A stretch of DNA of 64,000 nucleotides. Source: Chiloscyllium plagiosum. Its lineage: Eukaryota. The stretch is from NCBI RefSeq assembly GCF_004010195.1, contig NC_057719.1:68748622-68812621 (forward strand), written 5' to 3'. The notes below the pieces were generated by a model. The model had not been told where the DNA came from. It worked only from the letters and a program-made list of their open reading frames with translations, and ran no database searches. Made by a program: the position numbers and the translations under genes. Numbering within the stretch: position 1 is the first letter of the stretch; the number at the start of each line of letters is the position of its first letter. Positions 24,420 to 38,587 of the stretch are shown piece after piece.

Positions 24420-25760
24420 TGTTGCATTGTAGTACCAGAGCAAAAGGGTATCACAGAAAGGGTGTAGAATATTCTGCAACCGGAAGAGAGTAAGCCCAAA
24501 GTTGTAGTCAGTGTCCCTATCAACAGCATGAAAGAGGTGGCCTTTAGATCCAAATGTATCAGATTTTCAGGAGCGAGGAGAGATATTAAGATAAACATGT
24601 AAGTAGCAATTCCTGGATTACTTCCAGTGGAATGCATCAATGAGAGTAGAGACACAAAAGTAAAGAGGATCAATGTATAGCTTGAGACATATTACAGGAA
24701 GGCAGGCTTTAGATTCTTGTGACATCAGTTCAAGGACAGTGGGCATTCTGATTGCAGCTTTGATGGGCTGTGGCCAACATTTCTGTGGAGAAGTTTGCAA
24801 GTGTAATTGGGAGGATTAAATTACATTGGTAAGGGCTGGTAGCAAGATAGTGAAGGTAAAAAGAGATAATGTGCATAAAGGCATGAGTGTCAGGCAGTAC
24901 CAGAGAAGGAATATCATTCAGTATTAGAAAGGGAATAGGAATGACTACAAGAACTACAAAGACACAATAAAAGAGTGCTATGAATCAGGTGACTGAGCGA
25001 CAAATGGCAACAGATGTGGGATCATGATATATTAGCACTAAGGAAATGTGGCTTAAAATAGTTAGGAGTGTATCCTTAATATTCGAGGATAGAATGGTTT
25101 CGGGGAAAATGTGGGAGGGGCTGGCAATACTGATTAGTAAATACATTGTTGAAATGGGAAGAGCATTTCTTTCAGGGGACTAGGACACCCTCCATTTGGT
25201 CAAAGTTGAGAAACAGTAACATGTAAGATCATACATTGAACGATGGAGTGTACTTTAGATAATTGTAAATATTGAGAGAGAGCTAGTGGGGCAAATTTAC
25301 AGGAGAATTGTAGAGACCTGCAAGAAATAAAAAGTGGTAATACTGGGATATCTAATCAATTATCTAAATGGTTTGTTATCTAAATCAATTAGTATAATGT
25401 AGAACAAAGGGAAAGGAGGGGGAGAAATTTCTAAAATATGTTTGTTTCAGTGATCGCTTTGTAGAACGTGTTGCAGGCAGATCTACTTACGAAATGGAAA
25501 CTGATAAGACATAATTCAGATGAGATGAGATTCCAAAAGGAAGCATAGCCTTTCAAATCTAGGACACTGAAAAAGGCAAACTATCCAGCAGTAATAAATA
25601 TGTATAACAGGGAGAGAGAGAGAGAGCACCAAAGCTGGAAAAAAGCAAATTTAAAAAAAACCAAGTAAAAATAAAGCCTTGTGGTTTTTAAGCTGTGCCT
25701 TTCAACAGGATAAAGAATGCGGAATCTGGAATTGGATAGAAGTCATAAGCAAAGTTAACA
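24420..25760 (+). mobile_element. Old CR1: ORF1 esterase and endonuclease remnant
   Basis: VAIPGLLPVE...NESR resembles the CR1 ORF1 SGNH region, followed by a decayed endonuclease. Confidence 0.6.
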
Positions 25761-26177
25761 ATCTCTTAAACTAATTTTTTCAAAAATTGCTAAATTGAAC
25801 CTATTTCCCTGCTATATATCGACATTTTTGAAAATGCTCCTTTCTCTAAATTTGGCTTGATGGAGAAACTCGATACAAGTTTCCTGTCCGTTCTGTTTTT
25901 GTTCAGTTGGCAGAAATAGTTTCTTTGTACCAAACAAAAACTTATAACAGTAAATGTGAACAGGACAATTGTACAATATGTAGGATTTAATCTTAATGTA
26001 GCAGAATTTATGTAGTTCTGAAACCAAAGTTAAAACTCAATGGATTCAGAATGATCTTAGTATTTGCCATTCGGTATTTGCCAGTAATAATGCATGCTGC
26101 ACAGTTGGAGTTGTCAATATGTTTTGTTCTGGTGATTTTACTGATGTGTTCTACAATTATACCTATTATTTTTTCAG

Positions 26178-26271
26178 TGATTCCTCAGAAATAGTTGTAC
26201 ATTCTGCTGATGCATTTGCACCTGTGGGCTACCTCAGATTATTAAAGTTGCATCTGGTGGATAAACCCAAT
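26178..26271 (+). CDS. DPH6: DPH6 exon: DSSEIVVHSADAFAPVGYLRLLKLHLVDKPN (end of catalytic domain)
   Basis: ttttcag acceptor, gtgagt donor; 94 nt, phase 2 to 0; matches human DSSEVVIHSADAFAPVAYL. Confidence 0.96.
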
Positions 26272-26719
26272 GTGAGTTACTGTTATGTTATTTCATTGGA
26301 TGAATGCTTCATTATCTACACTGAAATATCATGTAGTTAAGAGAGTGTTTGATGTATTTTGAGTAATTTTAGAAGTTTTCTTTCGGGAATAGTGCTAAGT
26401 TTGATGAAGTTCACATTATTTTGACTGAATACAGAAATTCTGGTTTTGTTCAGAAATAGCGGCTAAGTATGATAACGAAACAAACATTCAATTCTTACTT
26501 GAATGAAGGAACTCAGTGATGCACAGAGTGGTGGTTATTAAGTTATCACAGATGTTGCTTGTTTATATCATAAATAAATATTTAACATTGCACTGTAGAA
26601 TACAATTTTCCAATTGCTCACACTTGGATGAGCTTAAATTCCTAATCTGCCTCCTCCTGAGGTTCTCATTATCACAGAAGTCTGGCTTAAGCAAATTTGA
26701 CTCATTCAATATAATATCA

Positions 26720-28685
26720 AGAAGCAGCTGAGAACACTAAGGACCATGAAGCCATAGGTCCTGACAATCTATTGTCTCGGGTGCTAAAGACCTGGGACAA
26801 ACTGCTCCACAACCAAATTATTCCAGTATAGCTACAAAATTGGTATTTACCGAGAAAGTGGAAAATTAGCCTTGTCCGCTTAAAAAAAAGAACATCCATT
26901 CCAGCCAGTTACCATTTCTATTCTGATTCATCAGCAAAGTGGGGAAAACTGTCACCATCAGTGCTATTAAGTGTCAGTTACACCAACATCCTGCTCAATG
27001 ATGCTCAATTTGAGTTTTGCTTGAACAACTTAGCTCCAGATCTTATTTACTCCTTGGTTCTAGCATGAATAAAGGGGATGAATTCCAGAGGTGACATGAG
27101 AGTGACTGTTCTTGTAATCAAGGCAGCATTTGAATGACTGCATCCCAACAAACCTGAGTAAAATTCAGAATCAGGACAGAAACTGCACACAGATAGATAC
27201 CATGATGAGCATCAAGGTTTTGGTTGTTGGAGCCAATCACTTCTGCTCTAGAAACTTTCAGTAAAAGTTCATTAGAGCAGTGTCCTAGTCCTAAGCTTAT
27301 ATAAATGGTTCATGACTAGCCTTCCCTCCATCATAAGGTCAGAAGTTGGAGTGTTTGTTGATTACACAGTGCTCAGTTCCATTGAAGCTGTCCATATACT
27401 GAAGCAGACTGCACCTGGATACAAAAAGAATCTGGAAAACTTTCAAACTTGCCTATTGACTGGCGAACAATGCTTATGCTACGCAAGTGCCAATTTCTAA
27501 TTGTGTTCAAGCGAAAGTCTAACCATCTCTCCTTGACACTTGATGACAGTGCCACCATTGGTGACCACTGATCAGGGGCTGAACTGAGCCAGCTACTGTG
27601 AGTACAAGAGCAGGTTTCAGGCTAGAAATTCTGTGGCAAGTGTATCAACACCTGACCCACCAAAGCCTGTCCAACTTCTACAAGGCACAGGTCAGGAGTG
27701 ATGTGATCTCAAACTGCTGTTGTGTAATGTACTGTTGCGCAGACGTGTGGAGGCTGTGTAAATATAACCTTTAGGGGCGGCACGGTGGCTCAGTGGTTAG
27801 CACTGCTGCCTCACGGCACCAGTTTCCTGGGTTCGATTCCCGCCTGTCTGTGTGGAGTTTGCACATTCTCCCCGTGTCTGCCTGGGTTTCCTCCCACAGT
27901 CCAAAGATGTGCAGGTCAGGTGAATTGGCCATGCTGAATTGTCCATAGTGTCAGGGGTGAATGTAGGGGAATGGGTCTGGGTGGGTTGCTCTTAAGAGGG
28001 GCAGTGTGGACTTGTTGGGCCGAAGGGCCTGTTTCCACACTGTAGAGAATCTAATCTAATCTAATTTCCTATTTGCCTCAATGAATGCAGTTCCAACAAC
28101 ATTCAAGCTTGATACAAACCAGGAAAAGCAATCCTTTTGATTGGCACCAGATCCACAATTTTAATTATTCGATCTAGCCATTCCTATCACACAGTAGCAG
28201 CAGTAAATGTTACCTCTAAGCTGCACGGTAATGCCAGTGCTGGGAAGCTCCATGCAGGAGGATCGGTATGCCAATAAGTGGTTTCCACTTCCATTACCGC
28301 ACATGGACATCAGAGGTACACATGACGTAATGAAATATTACAGGGACGGTTGGCAGCAATGCTTTACTGCAGTAGCTTGCCTGGACTATTTTGAAATCCC
28401 TTCTAAGCTTGGGGATTCCAAGACCCAGAAGAGAAGTGCTTATAGGAGTATTACCCCCTCAAGTTCCCTTTCAAGTCACTCATCATTCTGAAACCACACC
28501 AACATTCTTCACTATTGTTGATTCAAATTCCTGCACCTCCTGAACTGCGCTGTGGGAGCACCTCGTAGACATCAACAGCAGTGTTTCAGAAGGCTGGGTA
28601 ATCAACATCACCATTTTGAGGACATTTAATAAAAAGTAATAGATGTTAGTTGTATCAGCAAAACCCATATCCCATGAATGAAAAT
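26720..28685 (+). mobile_element. CR1/L2-group LINE (RT to 3' tail), interrupted by an HE1 SINE
   Basis: KAIGPDN and LPSIIRSEVGVFVD motifs; 3' tail at ~28600-28685. Confidence 0.8.
27774..28065 (+). mobile_element. HE1-type SINE
   Basis: GGGGCGGCACGGTGGCTCAGTGGTTAGC head, GGTTCGATTCC B-box, (TCTAA)3 tail. Confidence 0.93.
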
Positions 28686-30109
28686 AGTTTACTTAAGAAG
28701 AATTGATTCTGTCACCTTTTCAATGATGGAATTCAATTGTACTTTGCCTTTCCCAACTGAGTGACTGGAAAGGTCAGGACATTTATTTTTTAAATCCTCA
28801 TTAAGACCACTCCTTAGGTAAGAACTCTATATACCTAAAGAGAGCCCGTTTATGTCTATCTAGTAATCCTTCCGTGCCATTTTTAAACATCTAACTAATT
28901 TGTTTTTAATAGTATCATATGTTGAAAATTATGTCAAAGTAGATTTGTCAGCCACAATAGTGCCCCCCAAAAACATTTTTAATTTTGCCTGTTTTCAGCT
29001 TCTCATATTTTTGGGTGAAACTGTGTAGTATTGTCTAATGAAGGAGTTTATCCTGCATTGTTACATTGAATGTAGAGCATAGAAAAGGCCCTTTGGTCCA
29101 ATTAGCCTGTCATATTGTTTCCACTCCATGCAACCCTCCTCTCATGCTCCTTCATCTAACCCAGTCAACAAAATCTTTACTTCTTTATCCACCTCATGTC
29201 CATACTTAGCTTCATAATTGTCTGTAGTTCCAAATTACATCCAGTGCAAGTAGGGATTTTGCAAACTTTTATGCTAGTTATATAAAAGCAATTGCCCCAT
29301 TACAAAGCTGGCCACAGCTCCATTTCAGATTAATCACCATAGTGAGTTTTCACTAATTGTCCCATTGGCAGACCTGCAAGGAGGCTCATAAAATTCAGCT
29401 GGGGAATATTTAAATGAAAGGTCACTAATAGGCACATTTTAAGAGCTTTATTTTAATTTACTGAAGATCTGTCGCGTGCATACTGATCAAACTAGCAAAT
29501 GATTCTGAATAGTTTTTAGTCATTTTCAGTTATTTAAAATTGGGTTACTCACATATGATGGGCCAGGCACTCTGATTTAAAGTGCTTATTTTTGGCAGAA
29601 ATCTATTTTCAGCTGTATTAATAAATCTTCATCAGGGTACCTCTGAAACATATCAAGGAATATTATCTAATGCATATTTTATTAATAAAAAGAAATTTAG
29701 TTCCAATGCGCTGCCCAATTGCACTGGTTCATTAGAAATTTCTGCCCCAGAAATTCTGACAACCAGATAGTTGTCTGTGCTGGATAGATGAGAGTTGCAG
29801 CAAATATGCAGAAGGCCCACTGCAACTCACTCTGTGGGAATTGCCTGGAAAGTAGAAATTTCTTTGTACCATTTATCCAGTGTCTAGAACTCTTCAAAAA
29901 ACTTTTAGTTATAGTTGGAGATTTTGGAGGGCTCCAACTTACTTAAATGCCGAGGAAACATTAAAGAATTAAAATCCTGCTCCAAATTTGGGTAGCTATT
30001 GAAAACTAACCCTGGTTGACTGCTGACCTACCCTGTAACAACATCTCCTAACAACCAGAATATTTTGTAATGTAATGAGCATATAAATTCCTGTTGTAAA
30101 GAACATTTT

Positions 30110-30310
30110 GTTTGGAACGTTCTGCCTCAGAGGCATGGTCATTGAACATTTTTAAGATGCCGCTATGTAGATTCTTGTTAGGCAAGAAAATTGAAGGTTA
30201 TCAGGAGTAGATGGGAGTGTGGAATTTGAAACCCAAATGAACCTTGTTGAGTGGAGGAGCAAGGTTGAGAGGTCAAATAACCTAGGTCTGCTACTAATTT
30301 TTAATATTAT
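30110..30310 (+). mobile_element. CR1 3' fragment
   Basis: VWNVLPQR...F.D-type terminus and tail. Confidence 0.65.
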
Positions 30311-31385
30311 GAAAGAAGTTTGGATAGAAGTGCCTTCCACCTCTATTTTAATTCTACCTTTAGCAAATACCAAACTGGATCCTGAAATTACAAAAGGCCA
30401 TCTGAAATTGCAAATCATACATTTGGAATATTCAGTGATTTTTTTTGTCATAGTTTGCAGTTCTTTTGGTTTGTATTGCAAGATATCTGCTATCCAACTG
30501 TGTTTCCCAGGTTGCAGGAATCCATACAGAATTGCTGTAGTTTTCATCCTTATCTAAAATTCATCTATTTGGGTGTATGTTGAACCCTCAAGTAACATGC
30601 AGTTCAAGATTAAAAAGTCCATAGAAATTTATTTCAGATAGTCTTAACTTTTTATAAAAGATATTGCTCCTTTTGGAAAATAAAGTTTTACTTTCTCTGA
30701 CACAAAATTACTGTTTTTAATTCAAAAGAGCATTTTCTGCAGTATGTTAGTAGGTTTTTCTTAGTTGTAACGGTACCATAGGTCAACATTAGTTCACAAT
30801 GAAAGTAGATTTGATTCCTCAGTTGTTTCAAATATTTGGTGCTGAGGCCAAGCAGACTTCCTGTTCTGATCACTATATACAGTTCAGAACACTCGGTAGG
30901 TTTCTTGAAAGTCATATAATGTAGTGCTCCAGTAAATATTTCATACGGGAAAGCTTGGTCTGCATACAATATATTTGCATTGCACTTTTGAATGTATTGG
31001 AGTATTTCTTCCAATTAAAGATATGTGAAAACCAGGACAGTGAGTTGCAGATAGCCCAGTAGATAAGAAAAAAATGTTAATAAGTGAGAGTATGAAATGT
31101 AATGAAGTCAATGGTTGCGTAGCATTTCCAATCCAGTAATAGATATTATTAATCAGGCTGTTCAGAGATGTTTTCTCACACCTCTGTGGGGGGGGGACTT
31201 GAACACAAAACCCCAAAACTCCTGATTCTGAAATAGTGGTGCAAGCACTGTGCCACAGGTACTCTCGAAAACAGTTTTAATGATCCTTATACACCAGGCA
31301 TCCAAGTGAATGTGAAGTACTGGTAGATATTTAAATCAATCCATTAAGACATGACACACTTCTGGAACAGGTGAGTCTTAAACAC

Positions 31386-33923
31386 ATAGAACAGTACAGC
31401 ACAGAACAGGCCCTTCAGCCCACAATGTTGTGCCGACCATTGATCCTCATGTGAGGTAAACCTAATGTACGAACTCTCAAATTTCTGTGACCATATGCAT
31501 GTCCAGCAGTCTCTTAAATATCCTCAATGATCTCGCTTCCACAACTGCTGCTGGCAACGCATTCCATGCTCTCACAACTCTCTGCATAAAGAACCCACCT
31601 CTGACATCTCTCTACTTTCTGCCAAACAGCTTAAAAATATGACCCCTCGTGTAAACAATTTCTGCCCTGGGAAAAAGTTTCTGGCTATCAACTCTATCTA
31701 TGCCTCTCATTATCTTGTACACCTCAATTAGGTCCCCTCTCTTCCTTTTTTCCAGTGAAAAAAGTCCGAGCTCAGTCAACCTCTCTTCGTAAGATAAGCT
31801 CTCCATTCCAGGCAGCATCCTGATAAACCTCCTCTGAACCCCCTCCAAAGCATCCACATCTTCCCTATAATAGGGCGACCAGAACTGGACACAGTATTCC
31901 AAGTGCGGTCTAACCAAAGTTTAATAGAGATGTAACAAGTTCTCATGGCTCTTAAACTCAATCCTCCTGTTAATGAAAGCCAAAACACCATATGCTTTCT
32001 TAACAACCCTGTCCACTTGGGTGGCCATTTTAAGGGAACTATGTACCTGCACACCACGATCCCTCTGTTCCTCCACACTGCCAAAAGTCCTATCCTTAAT
32101 CCTGTATTCAGCTCTCAAATTCGACCTTCCAAAATGCATCACCTCGCATTTATCCAGGTTGAACTCCATCTGCCACCTCTCAGCCCATCTCTGCATCCTG
32201 TCAATGTCCCGCTGCAGCCTACAACAGCCCTCTATACTGTCAACGACACCTCCAACCTTTGTGTCNNNNNNNNNNNNNNNNGTCATAAATCCTATCCCTC
32301 AGAATCCTTTCTAACACCTTGCAGATGACAGACGTGAGACTGACTGGTCTGTAATTGCCAGGGATTTCCCTATTTCCTTTCTTGAAGAGAGGAATTACAT
32401 TTGCCTCCCTCCAGTCCTCCGGTACGACTCCGGTGGAGAGCGAGGATGCAAAGATCTTCGCAAGCGGCGAAGCAATCACATTTCTCGCTTCACAAAGCAG
32501 CCGAGGACAAATCTGGTTTGGTCCTGGCGACTTGTCAATCTTAATGTTTGTCAAAATTTTCAACACATCAGCTTCCTCAATCTCTATCCATTCCAGCATG
32601 CATTCCAGCTCCTCAATGGTTTCATTCACTACAAGATCCTTTTCTTTAGTAAAGACAGAAGCATTCAACACATCAGCTTCCTCAATCTCTATCCATTCCA
32701 GCATGCTTACCTGCTCCTCAATGGTTTCATTCACTACGAGGTCCTTTTATTTAGTAAAGACAGAAGCAAAAAACTCATTTAGGGATTTCCCTACCTCCTC
32801 AAACTCTATACACAAGTTCCCTATGCTATCCCTGATCAGCCCTACTCTTTCTTTGATCATTCTCTTATTTCCCGCATACGTGTAAAATGCTTTTGGATTC
32901 TCCCTAATCCTTCCTGCCAAGCCTTTTTCGTGCCCCCTCCTGGCTCTCCTCAGACCATTTTTGAGCTCCTTCCTCACCTGTCTGGAATCCTCTAGAGCTG
33001 AGCAAGACCCTTGCTTCCTCCACCTTACGTAAGCTGCCTTCTTTCTTTTGACGAGAAGCTCCTCCGCTCTCGTCATCCAAGGTTCCTTTATCTTGCCTCT
33101 TCTTGCCTGTCTCAGAGGAACACATTTGTGCATCACTCGCATCAACTGTTCCTTAAATAGTCTCCACACGTCTATAGTGCCCTTTCCATGGAACAATTGC
33201 TCCCAGTCCATGCTTCCCAACGCACATCTGATAGTGTCATAGTTTCCTTTTCCCCAATTAAATATCCTCCCATTGTGCCTGCTTCACTCCTTCTCCATAG
33301 CTTTGTAGAATGTGAAGCAATTGTGGTCACTATCCCCAAAATGCTCTCCCACCACAAGATCTGACACCTGCCCCGACTCATTGCTGAGCACCAAATCCAA
33401 AATGGCCTTTCCCCTCGTCGGCCTGTCAATGTACTGAGTTAGGAAACCCTCCTGAACACACCTTACAAAAACAGCTCCTTCCAAACCATCTGCTCGAAGG
33501 AGGTTCCNNNNNNNNNNNNNNNNNNNNNTTTCCCCCCCTCCCTATTCTTTTTAAATGTTCTAAACCCTGGAACATCCAGCAACCATTCATGCCCCTGAGA
33601 AGCCAACGTCTCTGTTATGGCCACAACATCATTGCGCCACGTACTGATCCATGCTCTAAGCTCATCACTTTTATTCCTGATACTCCTTGCATTAAAGCAA
33701 GCACACTTTAACCGATCCCTTGGTTCTTTCCGAGGAAATTCCTTCCCACTGGCTGCGCTACCTCTTGCTATTGCCTTATCTTCACCAACTCTCACCACCG
33801 GTATATAGCTCAGGTTCCCACCCCCCTGCCGTATTAGTTTAAACCCTCCTGAGCAACTCGAACAAACCTTCCACCCAGGACATTGGTCCCTTTCCAGTTC
33901 AGGTGCAACCTGTCCTTCATGTA
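31386..33923 (-). mobile_element. Young CR1 LINE (ORF1 end, ORF2, 3' tail) with two N gaps and an internal 105-bp duplication
   Basis: Long ORFs: CFNARSIRNK, VAITET, LDLVLSNE, KSPGP, VPEDWREANV, NYRPVSLTS, DTKVGG, HLEYCVQFWSP. Confidence 0.96.
32559..32768. repeat. Tandem 2 x 105-bp duplication inside CR1 ORF2
   Basis: 32559-32663 and 32664-32768 differ at only a few positions; peptide NETIEE...MLEWIEIEEADVL occurs twice. Confidence 0.95.
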
Positions 33924-34639
33924 CGGTGTCCTTCTGGCTGTCAGGCAGGGACACGACCAGTGCACCACAAAACACCTGTCCACACTAGTTATACTCTTCT
34001 GTCTTCAGTATTAACTTGTATTAATTGATAATGACATCCTCTCCTCATTAGTAGTAGCTCATATTGCTTATTGATTAATTATCATTGTGACAAAAAATAA
34101 ATTATCAAAGTCAGGCATGTGAGTGCTGGATGGTTAATGACCGATAGAGGGCAGGTACTGGCTCTGGTATTCATTAATTTTTCAGGTTACAGTGTGAAAA
34201 CACGATAAATATAGCACTTTTTGGAGATTACTCCAGTGAATCTCAGACCACTTAAATGATATTTATCAGTTTATTTTAATAGTTCACGTCCCTTTTATTG
34301 GACATGTTCATAGATAGGACCATAGAAAATGGCATGTAAAGTTGTAATTTTTGTTTTATATTTTGCTTTATAAAATTTAAAGTTGAGGAAGTTTTAAATT
34401 TCACTAGTTCTCTGTAGTACTGAAGGAAAAAAGCAATATTTTTTGTATTTTCTGCATTTTCCCAAAGCATTGCATTGCAAATGAACTGTTGTTAAAATTG
34501 TAATCACTTATTTTTATGTTGGTAAATTGAACAACTAACTTATGCACAACAAAATTGCACATACTACAATTAGATAAACTATTGATTAGTCTGTTGTTGA
34601 TGAAGTTCATTGAGGATACGTTTGGTCTCGATGCCATGA

Positions 34640-34790
34640 GAAATTCCCTTGTCCTTATCTCATGCGTACCTTGGGACCCTTTTTGTCTCCCACCTGAGAA
34701 GGCTGATGAAACCGCTGTTTAAAATCTCACACTAAAAGTATACTTTCAGCTTTGCAGCACATTCTCAGTCTGCACTGCAGTCATTCATGA
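34640..34790 (-). mobile_element. Ancient DeuSINE-like (Deu domain) fragment
   Basis: cacctgagaaggctga...gtttaaaatctca...tgcagcacattctcagtctgcactg resembles the recalled reverse-complemented Deu core. Confidence 0.5.
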
Positions 34791-37514
34791 CCTCAATTCT
34801 CCTCTGTTTTGCATTTCCTTAAATAAATGGTAAGAGCTTAACTAGTGTCTAACAACACAGGCAATCTGAAGGGAGCCCGTTCTACAGATAGAATGCCTCA
34901 AATCTGGCTGTCTAAAAACTGGCTTTGTCTGAAAACCAGGCATTTTTGTAATCTTCCATGTATCAATTTACATAGGGTATTTTTTTTAAATCTCACCTGA
35001 ACTGGACCACAGCAATAGTAACTACTTTCTGCAGTGTTGGAGCTCTTTGGTATATGATTTGTAGATTGAAACGCTTAGTGCTTAGAAGGAACTTTGGTTT
35101 GGGAGCTGTGGAAGGTTGAAACATTCTATGCAAGACATTAAATGTAATGAACAAATTGAACACTTGGCAGTAATTCCCGTGCCTCACATTAACCTACCAT
35201 TCCTGCTCCATTTAAATGGGTATTCACATGGTCAGGGCATCATCATTACATGATAGCTTCACTATTAAAATTTATAAAGAAATTTGCAGTTTATGCTAAG
35301 TCTCATTTTTCGGGTGATGGTGGAGCATGTTTAACCCACATCGAAATAAATGCATTCCAAATTTCAACCTCTTGGAAAGTGACAATTATCTGATGGTAAG
35401 TTTGGTCAATGAGATCACATGACATGGGGGCAAAAGAAAGCCATGAAGACATGGAGTCTGCTCTGCTATTCATTGAAATTACAGCTGTTCTGATAACCCT
35501 CAACTCCACTTTCCTGCTTTTTTTCCCAAACTGTCAATTCCCTTTATGATTAAAAACCTGTGTATCTCAGCATTCAACATACTTAGTGACCCAGCCTTGA
35601 TAACCCTCTGTGATAAAGAACTAGAGTCATAGAGATGTACAGCATCGAAACAGACCCTTTGGTCCAACTTGTCAGTGCCGACAAGATATCCCAACCCAAT
35701 CTAGTCCCACCTGCCAGCACCTGACCCATATCCCTCCAAACCCTTCCTATTCATATACCCATCCAGATGCCTTTTAAATATTGCAATTGTACTAGCCTCC
35801 ATCACTTTCTCTGGCAGCTCATTTCATACACGTACCACCCTCTGCATGCCCCTTAGGTCTGTTTTAGATCTTTCCCCTCTCACCCTAAAGCTATGCCCTC
35901 TAGTTCTGGACTACCCCCAGGAAAAGACTTTGTCTATTTATCCATGCCCTCATGATTTTATAAACCTCGATAAGGTCACCCCCTCAGCCTCTGATACTCC
36001 AGGGAAAACAACCATATTCAACCTCTCCTTATAGCTCAAATCCTCCAACCTTGGCAACATCCTTGTAAATCTTTTCTGAAACCTTTCAACTTTCACAACA
36101 TGCTTTGGATAAGAAGGAGACCAGAATTGCACGCAGTATTCCAACAGTTGTCTAACCAATGTCCTATACAGCCACAACATGACCTCCCAATTCCTGTACT
36201 CAACACTCTGACCAATAAAGGAAAGCATACCAAACGACTTCTTCACTATCCTGTCTATCTGCAATTCTATTTTCAAGGAGATATGAACCTGCACTCAAGG
36301 TCTCCTTGTTCAGCAACACTCCCTAGGACCTTACCATTAAGTGTATAAGTCCTGTTAAGATTTGCTTTCCCAAATGTCATGCATTTATCTAAATTAAGCT
36401 CCATCTGATCAAGATCCCATTGTAATCTGAGGTAACCCTTCCTTGCTATCAACTACACCCCCAATTTTGGTGTAATCTGCAAGCTTACTAACTTTACCTC
36501 TTATGTTCACACACAAATCATTTATATAAATGACGAAAAGTAGTGGACCCAGCACCGATCCTTGTGGCAGTCCACTGGTCATAGGCCTCCAGTCTGAAAA
36601 ACAACCCTCCACCACCATCCTCTGTCTTCTACCTTTGAGCCAGTTCTATATCCAAATGGCTAGTTCTCCCTGTATTCCATGAGATCTAACCTTGCTAACG
36701 AGTCTCCCATGGAGAACCTTGTTGAATGCCTTACTGAAGTCCAAATAGATCACATCCACCATTCTGCCTCATCAATCCTCTTTGTTACTTCTTCAAAAAA
36801 CTCAATCAAGTTTGTGAGACATGATTTCCCACACACAAAGCCATGTTGTTTATCCCTAATCAGTCCTTGCCTTTCCAAATACATGTACATCCTGTCCCTC
36901 AAGATTCCCTCCAACAACGTGCCCACCACCAATGTCAGGCTCACTGGTCTATAGTTCCCTGGCTTGTCCTTACCACCTTTCTTAAACAGTGGCACCACGT
37001 TAACCAACCTCCAGTCTTCCGGCACCTCACATTGAATATCAGTGATAAAAATGTCTCAGCAAGGGTCCCAGCAGTCACTTTCCTAGCTTCCCACAGAGGG
37101 TCCTGCGAATGTATCCACTTTTATGTTTTTCAAGACATCTAGCACTTCCTCCTCTGTAATATGGACATTTTTCAAAATGTCACCATCTATTTCCCTACAT
37201 TCTGTATCTTCCATAGTATACACTATGTAAACACTGATGCAAAATAACTCATTTCGTGTTTCCCCCATCCCCTGTGGCTCCACACAAAGGATGCCTATTC
37301 TCTCCCTAGTTACCCTTTTGTCCTTAATGTATTTGTAAAAACCGTTTGGATTCTCCTTAACTATTTGCCAAAGCTAACTCATGTCCCCTTTTGCCCGACT
37401 GATTTCCCTCTTAAGTATACTCCTACTGCCTTTGTACTCTTCTAAGGATTCATTCAATCTATCTTGTCTATATCTGACATATGCTTCCTTTCTTTTCTTA
37501 ACCAAGCCCTCAAC

Positions 37515-37577
37515 TTAGATTAGATTAGATTAGATTAGATTAGATTACTTACAGTGTGGAAACAGGCCCTTCGGCCC
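37515..37577 (-). mobile_element. 5'-truncated HE1/HER1 3' tail with (TCTAA)6, inserted in a CR1
   Basis: (ttaga)n followed by acagtgtggaaacaggcccttcggccc; TSD accaa(g/a)ccctcaa at 37501 and 37578. Confidence 0.85.
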
Positions 37578-38587
37578 ACCAAACCCTCAATTTCTTTAGT
37601 CATCCAGCATTCCCTATATCTACCAGCCTTTCCTTTCACCCTAACAGGAACATACTGTCTCTGGATTCTTGTTATCTCATTTCTGAAGGCTTCCCATTTT
37701 CCAGCAGTCCATTTTCCTGTGAACTTCTGCCCCCAGTCAGCTTTTGAAAGTTCTTGCCTCATATTGTCAAAATTGGCCTTCCTTCAATTTAGAACTTCAA
37801 CTTTTAGATCTGGTCTATCCTTTTCCATCACTATTTTAAAACTAATAGAATTATGGTCGCTGGCCCCAAAGTGCTCCCCCACTGACACCTCTGTCACCTG
37901 CCCTGCCTTATTTCCAAGAGTAGGTCAAGCTTTGCATCTTCTCTAGTAGGTACATCCACATACTGAATCAGAAAATTGTCTTGTACACACTTAACAAACC
38001 CTTAACATATGGCAGTTCCAGTTTATGTTTGGAAAGGTAAAATCCCTTACATAACCACCCTATTATTCTTACAGATAACTGAGATCTCCTTCCAAATTTT
38101 TTTCTCAATTTCCCACTGACTCTTAGTGGGAATAGGAAAATTCCAGTAAGGTGATCATCACTTTCTTATTTCTCATTTCAACCCAAATAACTTCACTGGA
38201 TGTATTTCCGGGAATATTCTCCCTCAGTATAACTGTAATGCTATCCTTTATCAAAAGCACCACTCCTCCTCCTCTCTTGCCTCCCTTTCTATCCTTCCTG
38301 TAGCATTTGTATCCCGGAACATTAAACTGCCAGTCCTATCCATCCCTGAGCCACGTTTCTGTAATTGCTATGATATCCCAGTCCCGTGTTCCTAACCATG
38401 CCCTGAGTTCATTTGCCTTCCCAGTTAGGCCTCTTGCATTGAAAGAAGTGCACCTTAATTTATCAGTCCTACCTTGTTCTCTGCTTTGTCCCTGCCTGCC
38501 CTGACTGACTCACTTCTGTTCTCAACTGCACGAGTCTCAGATTGATCTCCTTCCTCACTATCTCCCTGGGGTCCCCCACCACCACCT

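Noticed and set aside
32266..33528. Apparent deletions of the RT core and part of the endonuclease in the young CR1
   Set aside because: Both coincide with N runs (32266-32281 and 33508-33528), so they are assembly gaps and cannot be read as biology
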